A DNA stretch of 64,000 bases from an uncultured Candidatus Saccharibacteria bacterium (GCA_964362125.1 CAYICS010000001.1:18052-82051); one strand, 5' to 3'. Positions 54,490 to 63,532 are shown, numbered from the stretch's first letter. A program made the numbers and translations. Notes: generated from the letters alone by a model not told the origin.

Positions 54490-54972
54490 ATGATGATTGA
54501 TACTCGGAGATCTGAAAGTTATACCAAAATCATCTCTGCCGGCATTATAGTTTTTCGGCGCACCCAAGAAGGGCCGCGGTTTTTGCTTTTGTATCGGGGT
54601 CGGGGGATTTGGGATTTTGCCCGGGGGCGGATGGAAGGTGGAGAGAGAAGTTGGCAGACCGCTTTCCGCGAAGTGCAGGAGGAAACCGGCCTGTTGCGGT
54701 CGCGGCTGAAAATGCTGCCCAACTTTAAGGTTTATGAAAAATTCCCTTACAAACGCGGCAAGCAGAATGTTTTTAAGATAGTAATTTTTTATTTAGCGGA
54801 AACCAGACAGATGGAAATTAAAGTTTCTTTTGAGCATCAGGGCTATGGCTGGTTTTCTTATAATGAAGCCCGCCGTTTGCTTTCCCGTTATCGCCAGCGT
54901 CAGGAAATTTTACACAAGGCCTTTGATTATATCAGACGAATATTCCCGGAGAGGCCAGAGAAGTTAGTATAG
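54490..54972 (+). CDS. NUDIX hydrolase
   Basis: Nudix box GRMEGGERSWQTAFREVQEETGL. Confidence 0.75.
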   Translation: MMIDTRRSESYTKIISAGIIVFRRTQEGPRFLLLYRGRGIWDFARGRMEGGERSWQTAFREVQEETGLLRSRLKMLPNFKVYEKFPYKRGKQNVFKIVIFYLAETRQMEIKVSFEHQGYGWFSYNEARRLLSRYRQRQEILHKAFDYIRRIFPERPEKLV

Positions 54973-55528
54973 AAATACTGACAAAATTGGAGGTGTAAGA
55001 GATGGCGGTGAAGTACCTATTTTTGATATGGGCCGCGCCTAAAACGCTGATGGCTAATTCATCAGGGATGATGGGGGCGGCAATCATTAAGCCGCCGATG
55101 ATGGCCAAAGAGTAGCGCATCATCCGCGAGCGGAAAACGTGGCGGAGGCGGTGCCAGATAGTTTGGTGCGCCAGCAGTTCCACCACGTCTTCCGAGAGAT
55201 GATTACTGACAAATCGGAAAATCATCAGGTCTCCCAAAACAGCGCCGGCCGCTCCCAAGGCCGCCACTAAAAAAATCGGGTTTGTTTTAGCCAGTTCCAG
55301 AAGGGCGATTAAGGCGGGAAAACCGGTGAAGATGGAAGTAAAAAACATTCCGGCGATAAAAGCCGTAATTAATCCGGCGTTGGGAAAGATAGCCAGTAGT
55401 TTTGAAATCAAGCCCTGCTGCCAGATGAAAATGCCGATGGCAATGCCAAAACCGGCAATGACCAAATCTTTTTTAAGATTAGGATGATGTGACTGTTTGG
55501 ACGATTTTTTTGAACGCTTGCGGCTCAT
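54932..55528 (-). CDS. hypothetical polytopic membrane protein
   Basis: About 5 TM helices; the 5' end overlaps rplT, so the true start is probably an internal Met. Confidence 0.35.
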   Translation of the reverse strand: MSRKRSKKSSKQSHHPNLKKDLVIAGFGIAIGIFIWQQGLISKLLAIFPNAGLITAFIAGMFFTSIFTGFPALIALLELAKTNPIFLVAALGAAGAVLGDLMIFRFVSNHLSEDVVELLAHQTIWHRLRHVFRSRMMRYSLAIIGGLMIAAPIIPDELAISVLGAAHIKNRYFTAISYTSNFVSISILTSLASPGIFV

Positions 55529-55829
55529 TTTGGGCCAGCTCGGCCAGCATCTTCCGGTTGAGTTGGATATTTTTGGCTTTGAGGCCGGCTATCAATTTAT
55601 TATAACTCAAACCTTCAGACCGCGCACCAGCGCCAATCTTCACCTGCCAAAGTCGTCGGAAGTTACGCTTTTTTTCCTTGCGGCCGCGGAAGGCATGAGA
55701 CCAGGCGTGGAGCAGGGCCTCTTTAGCCGCCCGCTCTTTGGATTTGCGGCTCCAGCGAAAACCCTTGACATATCTTAATAGTTTTTCACGTTTCTTAGTG
55801 GCGATTTTTCCCCGTTTGACTCTAGTCAT
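55479..55829 (-). CDS. rplT: 50S ribosomal protein L20
   Basis: MTRVKRGKIATKKREK...FRRLWQVKIGAGAR conserved L20 sequence. Confidence 0.85.
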   Translation of the reverse strand: MTRVKRGKIATKKREKLLRYVKGFRWSRKSKERAAKEALLHAWSHAFRGRKEKKRNFRRLWQVKIGAGARSEGLSYNKLIAGLKAKNIQLNRKMLAELAQNEPQAFKKIVQTVTSS

Positions 55830-55847
55830 GTTGTTAGGGTATAGGGT

Positions 55848-56024
55848 TTAGTTTAGATAGGATAGGATTGCTTTTCGCATTTGGCCCTCAAGGGCGACTG
55901 TGCCCTTTTTTCGATTGAGTTGCTTGCCGGATTTTTTGGCGCGAAAGTGATCTTGCGCCATTTTCCGGCGCAGGATTTTTCCGGTTTTAGTTATTTTAAT
56001 CCGACTACTTACAGATTTACGCAT
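55848..56024 (-). CDS. rpmI: 50S ribosomal protein L35
   Basis: MRKSVSSRIKITKTGKILRRK...; infC-rpmI-rplT operon order. Confidence 0.75.
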   Translation of the reverse strand: MRKSVSSRIKITKTGKILRRKMAQDHFRAKKSGKQLNRKKGTVALEGQMRKAILSYLN

Positions 56025-56526
56025 GTTTATCATTAACAATTTGAATATTGATGCCGCGGCCGCCAAATTTAGGCGACGAGATGACTCGATGGGGGCCGAT
56101 CATTTTGAGAAATTTTGATAATCGTTGATAAGCCCAGTCCCGGTTGTATTTTTCCCGGCCTCGTAAGACTAAGACGATATTGATGGGATGGTGTTCGGCT
56201 AAAAATTTTTTAGTTTGGTTAGCTTTCGTTTCTAAATCATGATGAGCGGCGCGGGCTGTGACCTGAATCTGTTTGATCGCCTGGACCTTATGACCAACCC
56301 GCTGCTTCTTTTCTTTCTTTTCCTGAAGATAACGGAATTTGTCATAGTTCATTATCCGCGCCACCGGCGGCTTGGCCAGGGGCGCGATTTCAATTAAATC
56401 CAGGCGGCGCTCTTTGGCCAGTTGTAAAGCCGCGTCGCGCGGCATTACCCCCAGGCTTTTTCCCGCCTCATCAATGGTCAGCAATTCCGGAGCGGTAATT
56501 TGGTTGTTGATTCTCAGTTGGTGGAT
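56017..56526 (-). CDS. infC: translation initiation factor IF-3, probably initiating at a non-canonical ATC codon
   Basis: Conserved IF-3 N-terminus LRINNQITAPELLTIDEAGKSLGVM lies upstream of the ORF-track start (56484) and in frame back to ATC 56524-56526, just after an in-frame TAA. Confidence 0.7.
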   Translation of the reverse strand: MHQLRINNQITAPELLTIDEAGKSLGVMPRDAALQLAKERRLDLIEIAPLAKPPVARIMNYDKFRYLQEKKEKKQRVGHKVQAIKQIQVTARAAHHDLETKANQTKKFLAEHHPINIVLVLRGREKYNRDWAYQRLSKFLKMIGPHRVISSPKFGGRGINIQIVNDKHA

Positions 56527-56581
56527 AAAGAAAAGTTAGCAGAGATTGATTTTTTAGTCAAGGGCGGTTAAAGTCAGAAGC

Positions 56582-57499
56582 ATGCCTAAGTATGTTTTTC
56601 TTCATTTATTACTGATGGCCGCGCTTTATACCAGCGTCTTTGGCTTTATTTCGCTTTTATTCGGCTTGATTGATTATGCCATTCCCGATCCATTAGTTCA
56701 TTTTTATCAGGGTATCCCCGGGGGCTTCCATTGGGCCTTGGCGTCGCTGTTAATAGTTTTTCCAGTTTATCTGTTGGTTAGTTGGTTGCTGCAGTGGGAG
56801 TTTCGACGTCAGTCCCAATGGCAGCAGGGTCTGTTTCGGCGCTGGCTGATTTATTTCACTTTGTTTCTAGCGGCGTTGGTGATTATCGGCGACCTGATTG
56901 TTCTAATTTCCAACCTTTTGGAAGGGGATTTAACCAGCCGGTTTGTGCTCAAGGCGCTGGTAGTTTTGGCAGTGGCAGCGGTGGTTTTTGTCTATTATAT
57001 TTTTGACCTGCGCCGGCGGGAGACGGCTTTCAGCGCCGGGGTTAAAACTTTTCATTGGCTGGTAATAGCGGCGGCGGTGGTTTCAGTGGCAGGCGGGTTT
57101 CTGGTAGCCGGCTCTCCATTGCAGCAGCGGGCAATGCGCTTTGACGAGCGGCGAGTGAGCGATTTGCAAAACATCCAGTGGCAGATTGTTAATTATTGGC
57201 AGAGGAAAGGGGGATTACCGGCGGCTTTGGAGGACTTGCGTGACGAAATATCCGGCTTTGTGCCGCCAGCCGATCCTCGCAGCGCCGAGGCTTATGAATA
57301 CAAAATTCTTGGAGATTTATCTTTTGAATTTTGCGCGGTCTTTGAAACCGAAGCGATGGGCGGGACGATAAGCGGCGCGGCCAAGCCGTTTCCAGTCAGC
57401 CAGTCTGACGTTTGGAGTCATGGCCGAGGCCGGGTTTGTTTCCAGCGGACTTTGGATCCGGAATTATACCCGCGTGCGCCGAAAAGAGAAAAATTTTAA
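56582..57499 (+). CDS. hypothetical polytopic membrane protein (305 aa)
   Basis: 6-7 TM helices in the first 190 aa, soluble C-terminal domain. Confidence 0.4.
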   Translation: MPKYVFLHLLLMAALYTSVFGFISLLFGLIDYAIPDPLVHFYQGIPGGFHWALASLLIVFPVYLLVSWLLQWEFRRQSQWQQGLFRRWLIYFTLFLAALVIIGDLIVLISNLLEGDLTSRFVLKALVVLAVAAVVFVYYIFDLRRRETAFSAGVKTFHWLVIAAAVVSVAGGFLVAGSPLQQRAMRFDERRVSDLQNIQWQIVNYWQRKGGLPAALEDLRDEISGFVPPADPRSAEAYEYKILGDLSFEFCAVFETEAMGGTISGAAKPFPVSQSDVWSHGRGRVCFQRTLDPELYPRAPKREKF

Positions 57500-57508
57500 T
57501 AAGCGAAG

Positions 57509-57829
57509 TGGTGGAAGTGGGGAGTTTGACCTCCCGTCCGAAACTTTTCCGCCAGATAGTTCTACAAGCTTAGTCCTTCGATAAACTCGGGACAAATTTT
57601 GCCGCTCAACTTCTGTTTTCAGCCACGGCCCTCTGAAAACATAGCTTGATTTATAACACCGCTGAATCGCCTATCAAGCTTCAGCGAGCGATGCCGCTTT
57701 AGGCAAAAGCCAAAGCGGGAGTTCGATTAAATGCGTTGGCAAATAATCTTTTTGCAACGGATTTAGGAGACGTTGCCGCTCCGCTTGCCTATCTGGTTTC
57801 AATGTTCCGTCGAAGCCTTTGCCACTCCC
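57509..57829 (-). ncRNA. ssrA: tmRNA (ssrA)
   Basis: Minus strand: 5' GGGAGUGGCAAAGGCUUCGACGG (canonical GGGG.UGA..GGNUUCGACGG), 3' GGACGGGAGGUCAAACUCCCCACUUCCACCA (T-arm plus acceptor plus encoded CCA; G3:U70 pair). Internal tag frame GCCAACGCAUUUAAUCGAACUCCCGCUUUGGCUUUUGCCUAA gives ANAFNRTPALAFA*. Confidence 0.85.
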
Positions 57830-58232
57830 TTTGTTTGATGGCGGCGCGCTTGTCCTGTTTCTTTCTGCCCCGCCCCAAGCCCAATTCAATTTTGATCAGG
57901 CGGTTCTTATTATACACCCGCAAGGGGAGCAGAGTCAAGCCGGCGCGCTGGATTTTTCCGATCAATTCTTTAATCTCGGATTTTTTCAAAAGCAGGCGGC
58001 GCGATCTCTTGGGGTCATAGTCAGCTGGAGTATTGGCTGGCTGATAAGGCGGGATATCGGCGTTGATCAGCCAAAGCTGATTGTCTTTGACCGCGGCAAA
58101 AGATCCGGCCAGATTGATCCGGCCGGTTTTAACGGCTTTAACCTCAAATCCTTTTAGTTCAATCCCCGCTTCGTAGGTTTCCAGAATCTGATAGTCAAAG
58201 CGTGCCCGTCGGTTTTCAGCGATGACTTTCAT
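57789..58232 (-). CDS. smpB: SsrA-binding protein SmpB
   Basis: Conserved SmpB core (ENRRARFDYQILETYEAGIELKGFEVKA...) and basic C-terminal tail. The last 41 nt overlap the tmRNA 5' end. Confidence 0.85.
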   Translation of the reverse strand: MKVIAENRRARFDYQILETYEAGIELKGFEVKAVKTGRINLAGSFAAVKDNQLWLINADIPPYQPANTPADYDPKRSRRLLLKKSEIKELIGKIQRAGLTLLPLRVYNKNRLIKIELGLGRGRKKQDKRAAIKQREWQRLRRNIETR

Positions 58233-58256
58233 GGTTATTTCGATTATAATGGGAAA

Positions 58257-58988
58257 ATGCGTTTATCGCCATCCACACTCAATCTTTTCTTGGAGTGCCC
58301 CAAGTGTTTTTATATGGAGTTGAAAATGGGCATTCACCGGCCCCAGGGGCCGTTTCCGTCTTTGCCCGGCGGCATGGATGGTTTGATTAAAAAATATTTT
58401 GATAAATATCGGCTCTTGGGTCAAATGCCGCCGGAAATTGAAGGCCGAGTGGAGGGAGCCCAGCTTTTTCCCGATGTGGAGGTTTTGAATCAATGGCGCA
58501 ACTGGCGCACCGGTTTGTCTTATCAAGATAAAGAAACAGGAGCTACTTTAAGCGGCGCCTTGGATGATTGTTTGGTGCAGGATAAAAAGTATATGCCGAT
58601 GGATTATAAAACCCGCGGCTATGATGTAAAAGAAGGCGGGGAGAGATTTTATCAAAATCAGATGGACAGCTATGATCTGCTCCTGCAAAAAAACGGCTTT
58701 AAGACCGCGGGTTGGGCGTGGTTGATATATTGGATTCCAAAAGAAATTCAAAACTCAAAAGGCAAAACTCAAAACTACAACTCAAAGATTAAAAATACGG
58801 CCAGTCTTTTTGAAGAAAATAATAGCAATAGCGCTTGGGTAAGGTTTGTGATTGATCCCAAGAAAATGAAAACCGATGCTGATTCGGCTCTAAAGGTTTT
58901 TCGCGATGCGGTGAAGTTATTGGAGGGGCCGATGCCCAAAGCTCATTCGGTTTGTACATTTTGCTCTTGGGCCAGCGCGCCCAGCTAG
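58257..58988 (+). CDS. PD-(D/E)XK nuclease superfamily protein, Cas4-like with 4 Cys (stand-alone; no CRISPR array nearby)
   Basis: N-terminus SPSTLNLFLECPKCFY; catalytic D...D / MDYKT (D/E-x-K) motifs; C-terminal CTFC. Contains an in-frame (CAAAACT) heptamer array at 58749-58787. Confidence 0.5.
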   Translation: MRLSPSTLNLFLECPKCFYMELKMGIHRPQGPFPSLPGGMDGLIKKYFDKYRLLGQMPPEIEGRVEGAQLFPDVEVLNQWRNWRTGLSYQDKETGATLSGALDDCLVQDKKYMPMDYKTRGYDVKEGGERFYQNQMDSYDLLLQKNGFKTAGWAWLIYWIPKEIQNSKGKTQNYNSKIKNTASLFEENNSNSAWVRFVIDPKKMKTDADSALKVFRDAVKLLEGPMPKAHSVCTFCSWASAPS

Positions 58989-59075
58989 CAAGTTATTGAT
59001 ATAGGTAAGCCGGTATGCTATCCTATTTAAAGTTCTGTATTTCAAGCGTTGCGGCGAATATGAGATGAAATTTAT

Positions 59076-59090
59076 TTGACACGTTGTCAA
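59076..59090. promoter_or_regulatory. perfect palindrome TTGACAcgtTGTCAA (candidate operator overlapping a -35-like TTGACA) upstream of the 59127 gene
   Basis: Direct reading; followed by the RBS AAGGAG at 59113. Confidence 0.4.
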
Positions 59091-59126
59091 TAAATTTAAG
59101 TCCGGCGCCGCAAAAGGAGTTTGGCC

Positions 59127-59756
59127 ATGAGTACAGTTTCTGTGGATCAGCGGTTCGCTTTACTGGCTGCCATTGGCGCCAACGCCCACTGGGACGATCT
59201 TTCAAGAGATGGGGTCCAGTTGGGCATCAAAGAAGCGCAACGGGCAGGAGAGGAATTCACCAGGTTTGTGAAGAATGGTTTTCGGATGCAAATAGTAGGT
59301 GATTTCTTCACCCGAACAGAAGATTTTACCATCTCAATCCCAGCCCTTACCCGCCCCACCCTCGAGGAGATTCGGGCAAGATATGATTGGGTCAGAAAGA
59401 TCACAAGAGACCTGTCGCCAACCGAGGCAATAATGATGGAGTTGGGGACTCTTCTTCGTCCCAACGAAGAAGAGATTAACAGAAAGGAATATCGCCCCCG
59501 TCATATCCCCTTCACTTATTTGGGGCTTCAGCAGGGAATGTGGCTTATTGAGCATCAGGATGACCAAGAATTAGCTCCTGTCAAGGCTCTTTGCGGCAAG
59601 GTTTCTATTGACCTTCTTGGTATAGAAGTGCTTAGCTCAAAAGGCTTTAGTTTCTTCCCGTGCCTCGATGGTAATAGCGGGCCGTGGGAGTTGATTTGGA
59701 GTTATGCTGAGGTTGGTCTGTCCCGCAATATTCGCGTTGCCCGTCCTTGCCAGTAG
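59127..59756 (+). CDS. hypothetical protein (about 210 aa); codon usage appears AGA/AGG-rich relative to neighbouring genes
   Basis: RBS plus ATG, own palindromic operator and terminator; no recognised domain. Confidence 0.4.
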   Translation: MSTVSVDQRFALLAAIGANAHWDDLSRDGVQLGIKEAQRAGEEFTRFVKNGFRMQIVGDFFTRTEDFTISIPALTRPTLEEIRARYDWVRKITRDLSPTEAIMMELGTLLRPNEEEINRKEYRPRHIPFTYLGLQQGMWLIEHQDDQELAPVKALCGKVSIDLLGIEVLSSKGFSFFPCLDGNSGPWELIWSYAEVGLSRNIRVARPCQ

Positions 59757-59774
59757 CTCCTCCTCACGCTCTTT

Positions 59775-59818
59775 CGCCCTCGTCTCCGATCCAGTCGGAG
59801 GCGGGGGCCTATTTTTTA
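59775..59818 (+). terminator. rho-independent terminator (gccctcgtctccga ... tcggaggcgggggc then T6)
   Basis: Stem with one mismatch followed by TATTTTTT. Confidence 0.5.
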
Positions 59819-59837
59819 GTTTGCGCCAGCGGCTGTT

Positions 59838-60173
59838 TTGGGGTATTATTTTTTTATGACAACAGCCATCAAAACTCCGGAACTGGAGGCGGCGATTAAG
59901 AAAATAGTGGAAGAATATCAGCCGGAGAAGATTATTTTATTCGGCTCTCGGGTGCGGGGCGAGGATCGGCCGGACAGCGATTATGATTTTATTATCGTGA
60001 AAGATACCAAGACGCGTTGGATTCAGCGGGCTTTTGAGTTGCCGGATGTGCCGATTCATGCCGATTTTTTCATTTACACGCCAGAGGAATTTGAGCGGAT
60101 GAAGGAAGGAAGTATTTTTATGTTGAACGCTTTAAAAAATTATGTAGTTTTGTACGACAAAAATAAAAAATGA
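59838..60173 (+). CDS. minimal nucleotidyltransferase (MNT, NTP_transf_2)
   Basis: GSxxxG...DxD motif: LFGSRVRGEDRPDSDYDFIIV; overlaps the HEPN gene by 4 nt. Confidence 0.75.
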   Translation: MGYYFFMTTAIKTPELEAAIKKIVEEYQPEKIILFGSRVRGEDRPDSDYDFIIVKDTKTRWIQRAFELPDVPIHADFFIYTPEEFERMKEGSIFMLNALKNYVVLYDKNKK

Positions 60174-60589
60174 TTAACTATAGAGAAATAGCTCATCGTT
60201 GGTTATATCAAGCCCTTTTTGACCTTAATAACGCTAAGAAACTTTTCCCTGAAGGTAATTTTTCCTACACTTGTTTTTTCTCTGAACAATCGGCCCAAAA
60301 AGCTCTTAAGGGGTACTTGATTTTTAATAGAAATATAGATATTAATATTCACGCAATCAGTAAACTTCTGATGAGAGCCAGCCAGCTTGACGGGTCATTT
60401 AAAAATTTTATTGATGAAGGAAAAGGATTAGATAAGCATTATTTAAGCACTCGTTATCCTGATGCGCTTCCTGATCCTTTGGTACCATTTGAGGCTTATA
60501 CTAAAGAAGAAGCGCAGACAGCTATTGCTAGCGCGCAGAAGATTTTTGATCTCTGCCAAAAATTAACCGGCTATGCTAAAGATAAATAA
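60170..60589 (+). CDS. HEPN domain protein (partner of the upstream MNT; HepT/MntA-type module)
   Basis: pfam05168-like pattern CFFSEQSAQKALKGYL...NIHAISKLL and the conserved RY motif (LSTRYPD). Confidence 0.65.
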   Translation: MINYREIAHRWLYQALFDLNNAKKLFPEGNFSYTCFFSEQSAQKALKGYLIFNRNIDINIHAISKLLMRASQLDGSFKNFIDEGKGLDKHYLSTRYPDALPDPLVPFEAYTKEEAQTAIASAQKIFDLCQKLTGYAKDK

Positions 60590-63431
60590 AGATTTTAACC
60601 TGCCCAAAGTTGAGGAAGAGGTTTTAAGTTTTTGGAGAAAAAATAGGGTGTTTGAAAAATCGCTTGCCCTTCGACAGGCTCAGGGCAAAAAACACTACGT
60701 GTTTTTTGAAGGCCCGCCCACGGCCAATGCCAAGCCGGGGATTCATCATGTTCTGGCAAGGGTTTTCAAGGATATAATTCTTCGCTATAAAACGATGAGC
60801 GGTTTTTTTGTGGCGCGCCGCGCCGGCTGGGACACCCATGGCTTGCCGGTGGAAATTGAGATTGAAAAGAAACTGGGTTTTAAAAACAAACAGGATATTG
60901 AAAAATACGGCATTACCAAGTTCAATAAACTGGCGCGAGAGTCGGTCTGGCAATATAAAAAAGATTGGGAGGATTTAACCGAGCGCATCGGCTTTTGGCT
61001 GGATTTGGAACACCCTTATATCACTTACGAAAATCAATACATCGAAAAGCTCTGGGGGATTTTTAAAGAGATTGATAAGCGGGGATTGCTTTATAAAAGC
61101 CATAAGGTGGTGCCGTGGTGCAGCCGTTGCGGCACGGCTTTGTCTTCGCATGAATTGGCGCAAGGGTATGAAGAAACAAAAGACCTGGCGGTCTTTGTTA
61201 AATTTCCAATATCCAATTCCCAATTTCCAAAAACTTATATTTTTTCTTGGACGACGACGCCCTGGACTTTGCCGGGGAATGTGGCCTTGGCCATAAATCC
61301 GAAGCATAAATTTGTGAAGGTTCCTGATCCAGAGGAAAAGGGAAGTTGGTTAATTTTGGAAAAAGAAAGCGTCCACCGTCTCTGGCCCAAAATCGCTTCT
61401 TCGCAAGAAGCGATTATTGGGGTAAAAGAGTTGCTGGGATTAGAGTACGAGCCGTTGTTCAAAATCCCCGCCCTTCAATCCCCCACTTCTTATAAAATTT
61501 ATCCGGCGGATTTTGTGACAGCCGATGAAGGCACGGGCGTGGTCCATACAGCCGTGATGTATGGAGAAGATGACTATGAGTTGGGCAAAAAAGTCGGCTT
61601 GCCGCAATTTCATACTGTTGATGAGCAGGGCCGGTTCATTAAAGAGGTACCGGTTGTCGGGGGAATGTATGTGAAGGCGCCGGAGACGGAAAAGAAAATT
61701 ATTGAACACCTTAAAGCCCAGAGCTTATTGCTTAAGGTCGAACCATACACTCACGATTACCCTTTCTGTTGGCGCTGCGGCACACCCGTGCTTTATTATG
61801 CTCGCGATTCCTGGTTTATCGCGATGAGCAAATTACGCAAGGAGTTGCAGGCGGCCAATAAAAAAATCAACTGGATTCCCGGACATTTGCGCGAGGGTCG
61901 ATTTGGTGAATGGTTGAAAGAAGTGAAAGACTGGGCGATCTCGCGAGAACGATATTGGGCGACCCCGCTGCCAATTTGGATTTGTGTAAAATGTGACAAT
62001 AAAGTTGTAATAAGTAGTAGTAAAGAGATTGAGGAACGCGGCGGCAAGCCGCCCAAAGATTTACACCGTCCGTATATTGATGATGTTGTTTTGAAATGCC
62101 CGGAATGCGGCGGAGAAATGCGGCGGGTAAAAGAAGTGATGGATGTTTGGTTTGATTCGGGAGCAATGCCTTTTGCCAGCGGCGAATATCCGGAAAGATA
62201 TCCAGCTGATTATATTTGTGAAGCTATCGATCAAACCCGCGGCTGGTTTTATACGCTTTTGGCCGTCGGCGTTTTAATGAAAAAAGGGACGCCTTATAAA
62301 AATGTTATTTCTCTTGGGCATGTGCTTGATAAGCAGGGCCGGAAGATGTCTAAGTCGTTGGGCAACACCGTTGATCCTTGGCAGATGATTAATAAATACG
62401 GCATTGATGTTGTCCGTTGGTATTTCTACACCATCAACCCACCGGGGGAGCCAAAAAGATTTGATGAAGGAGATCTAAATTTGGTTTATAGAAGATTTCA
62501 TTCTTTGGTTTACAATTCTTATCTATTTTGGGCGTCTTATAGTATCGATGCTAATCTACGAATGAATGCGAATGATACGAATAGCAATGCGAATGTTTTA
62601 GATCGCTGGATTCTAGCGCGGCTTAACGAGACGACGGCCAAAGTTACAGAGCGGCTTGATGATTATGACATTGGTACAGCGGCTAAGGCGATTGAGCTGC
62701 TGGTAGATGATTTATCCCATTGGTATATTCGCCGCTCGCGGAGGCGACCGGAAGCATTGCCAGTGTTGGGCTATGTTTTACTGGAAATCAGCAAGCTGAT
62801 CGCTCCCTTTACGCCGTTTTTTGCCGAAGCATTATTTCAGTCTCTAAACCCTAAACCCTACACCCTAAACCCTTCTATTCACTTGACCGATTGGCCCAAG
62901 GCCGACAAAAAGCTGATTGATAAAAAACTGCTTGGTCAAATGGCCCAAATCCGGCAGTGGACCAGCCAGGCGTTAGCGGCGCGAGCAGAAGCCGGCATTA
63001 AGGTTCGTCAGCCGCTAGCTAAATTAAAAATTTCCGCCCGAGGCGGATCCCATGCCTACCGGCAGGCAGGCGTCTCTGGCGGAAAAAATGAAAAATTAAA
63101 AATTAATGAGGAGTTATTGAATATCTTAAAAGACGAAGTAAATGTAAAAGAAATTGTTTTTGACAATAAGATCAAAAATGAGATTGAGCTGGATATAAAA
63201 ATCACTCCCGAACTCCGTCAAGAGGGAATTTATCGAGAGCTGGTGCGGCTGATTCAGGATTTCCGCAAAGAGAAAAAACTAAAGCCGCAGGATAAGATTA
63301 AACTGCGCGCTGAATTGCCGGAAGATATGTTAGAAGTGGCGCAAAAGAATGATGAGCAACTACGAAAAGAAGTTAATGCTATTAAAATAGATTATAAGAA
63401 GGCTGGTAAGGTTGACTTAGAGTTGACTTAG
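60573..63431 (+). CDS. ileS: isoleucyl-tRNA synthetase
   Basis: HIGH-type motif PPTANAKPGIHH; KMSKS; CP1 editing domain; C-terminal zinc-binding region. Contains an in-frame CCCTAAA run at 62844-62872. Confidence 0.9.
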   Translation: MLKINKDFNLPKVEEEVLSFWRKNRVFEKSLALRQAQGKKHYVFFEGPPTANAKPGIHHVLARVFKDIILRYKTMSGFFVARRAGWDTHGLPVEIEIEKKLGFKNKQDIEKYGITKFNKLARESVWQYKKDWEDLTERIGFWLDLEHPYITYENQYIEKLWGIFKEIDKRGLLYKSHKVVPWCSRCGTALSSHELAQGYEETKDLAVFVKFPISNSQFPKTYIFSWTTTPWTLPGNVALAINPKHKFVKVPDPEEKGSWLILEKESVHRLWPKIASSQEAIIGVKELLGLEYEPLFKIPALQSPTSYKIYPADFVTADEGTGVVHTAVMYGEDDYELGKKVGLPQFHTVDEQGRFIKEVPVVGGMYVKAPETEKKIIEHLKAQSLLLKVEPYTHDYPFCWRCGTPVLYYARDSWFIAMSKLRKELQAANKKINWIPGHLREGRFGEWLKEVKDWAISRERYWATPLPIWICVKCDNKVVISSSKEIEERGGKPPKDLHRPYIDDVVLKCPECGGEMRRVKEVMDVWFDSGAMPFASGEYPERYPADYICEAIDQTRGWFYTLLAVGVLMKKGTPYKNVISLGHVLDKQGRKMSKSLGNTVDPWQMINKYGIDVVRWYFYTINPPGEPKRFDEGDLNLVYRRFHSLVYNSYLFWASYSIDANLRMNANDTNSNANVLDRWILARLNETTAKVTERLDDYDIGTAAKAIELLVDDLSHWYIRRSRRRPEALPVLGYVLLEISKLIAPFTPFFAEALFQSLNPKPYTLNPSIHLTDWPKADKKLIDKKLLGQMAQIRQWTSQALAARAEAGIKVRQPLAKLKISARGGSHAYRQAGVSGGKNEKLKINEELLNILKDEVNVKEIVFDNKIKNEIELDIKITPELRQEGIYRELVRLIQDFRKEKKLKPQDKIKLRAELPEDMLEVAQKNDEQLRKEVNAIKIDYKKAGKVDLELT

Positions 63432-63440
63432 ATTTGTTGT

Positions 63441-63478
63441 AAGCTTTGCTATTAAATTACTAAAGTAATTCTACGATC
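63441..63478. repeat. perfect 38-bp palindrome tactaaagtaattctacgatcgtagaattactttagta (CGATCG core) between convergent ileS and trpS, followed by tagtaga-type heptamers
   Basis: Direct reading; same family as the 47552 and 40113 copies. Confidence 0.8.
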
Positions 63479-63532
63479 GTAGAATTACTTTAGTAGATTA
63501 GTAGAGATTAGTAGAGTATAGTAGAGTAGTTT

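Noticed and set aside
57674-58157. ORFs 57674-57889 (-), 57736-58020 (+) and 57819-58157 (+) in the six-frame track
   Set aside because: They lie within or antisense to the tmRNA and smpB; the tmRNA fold and the SmpB homology explain this DNA.
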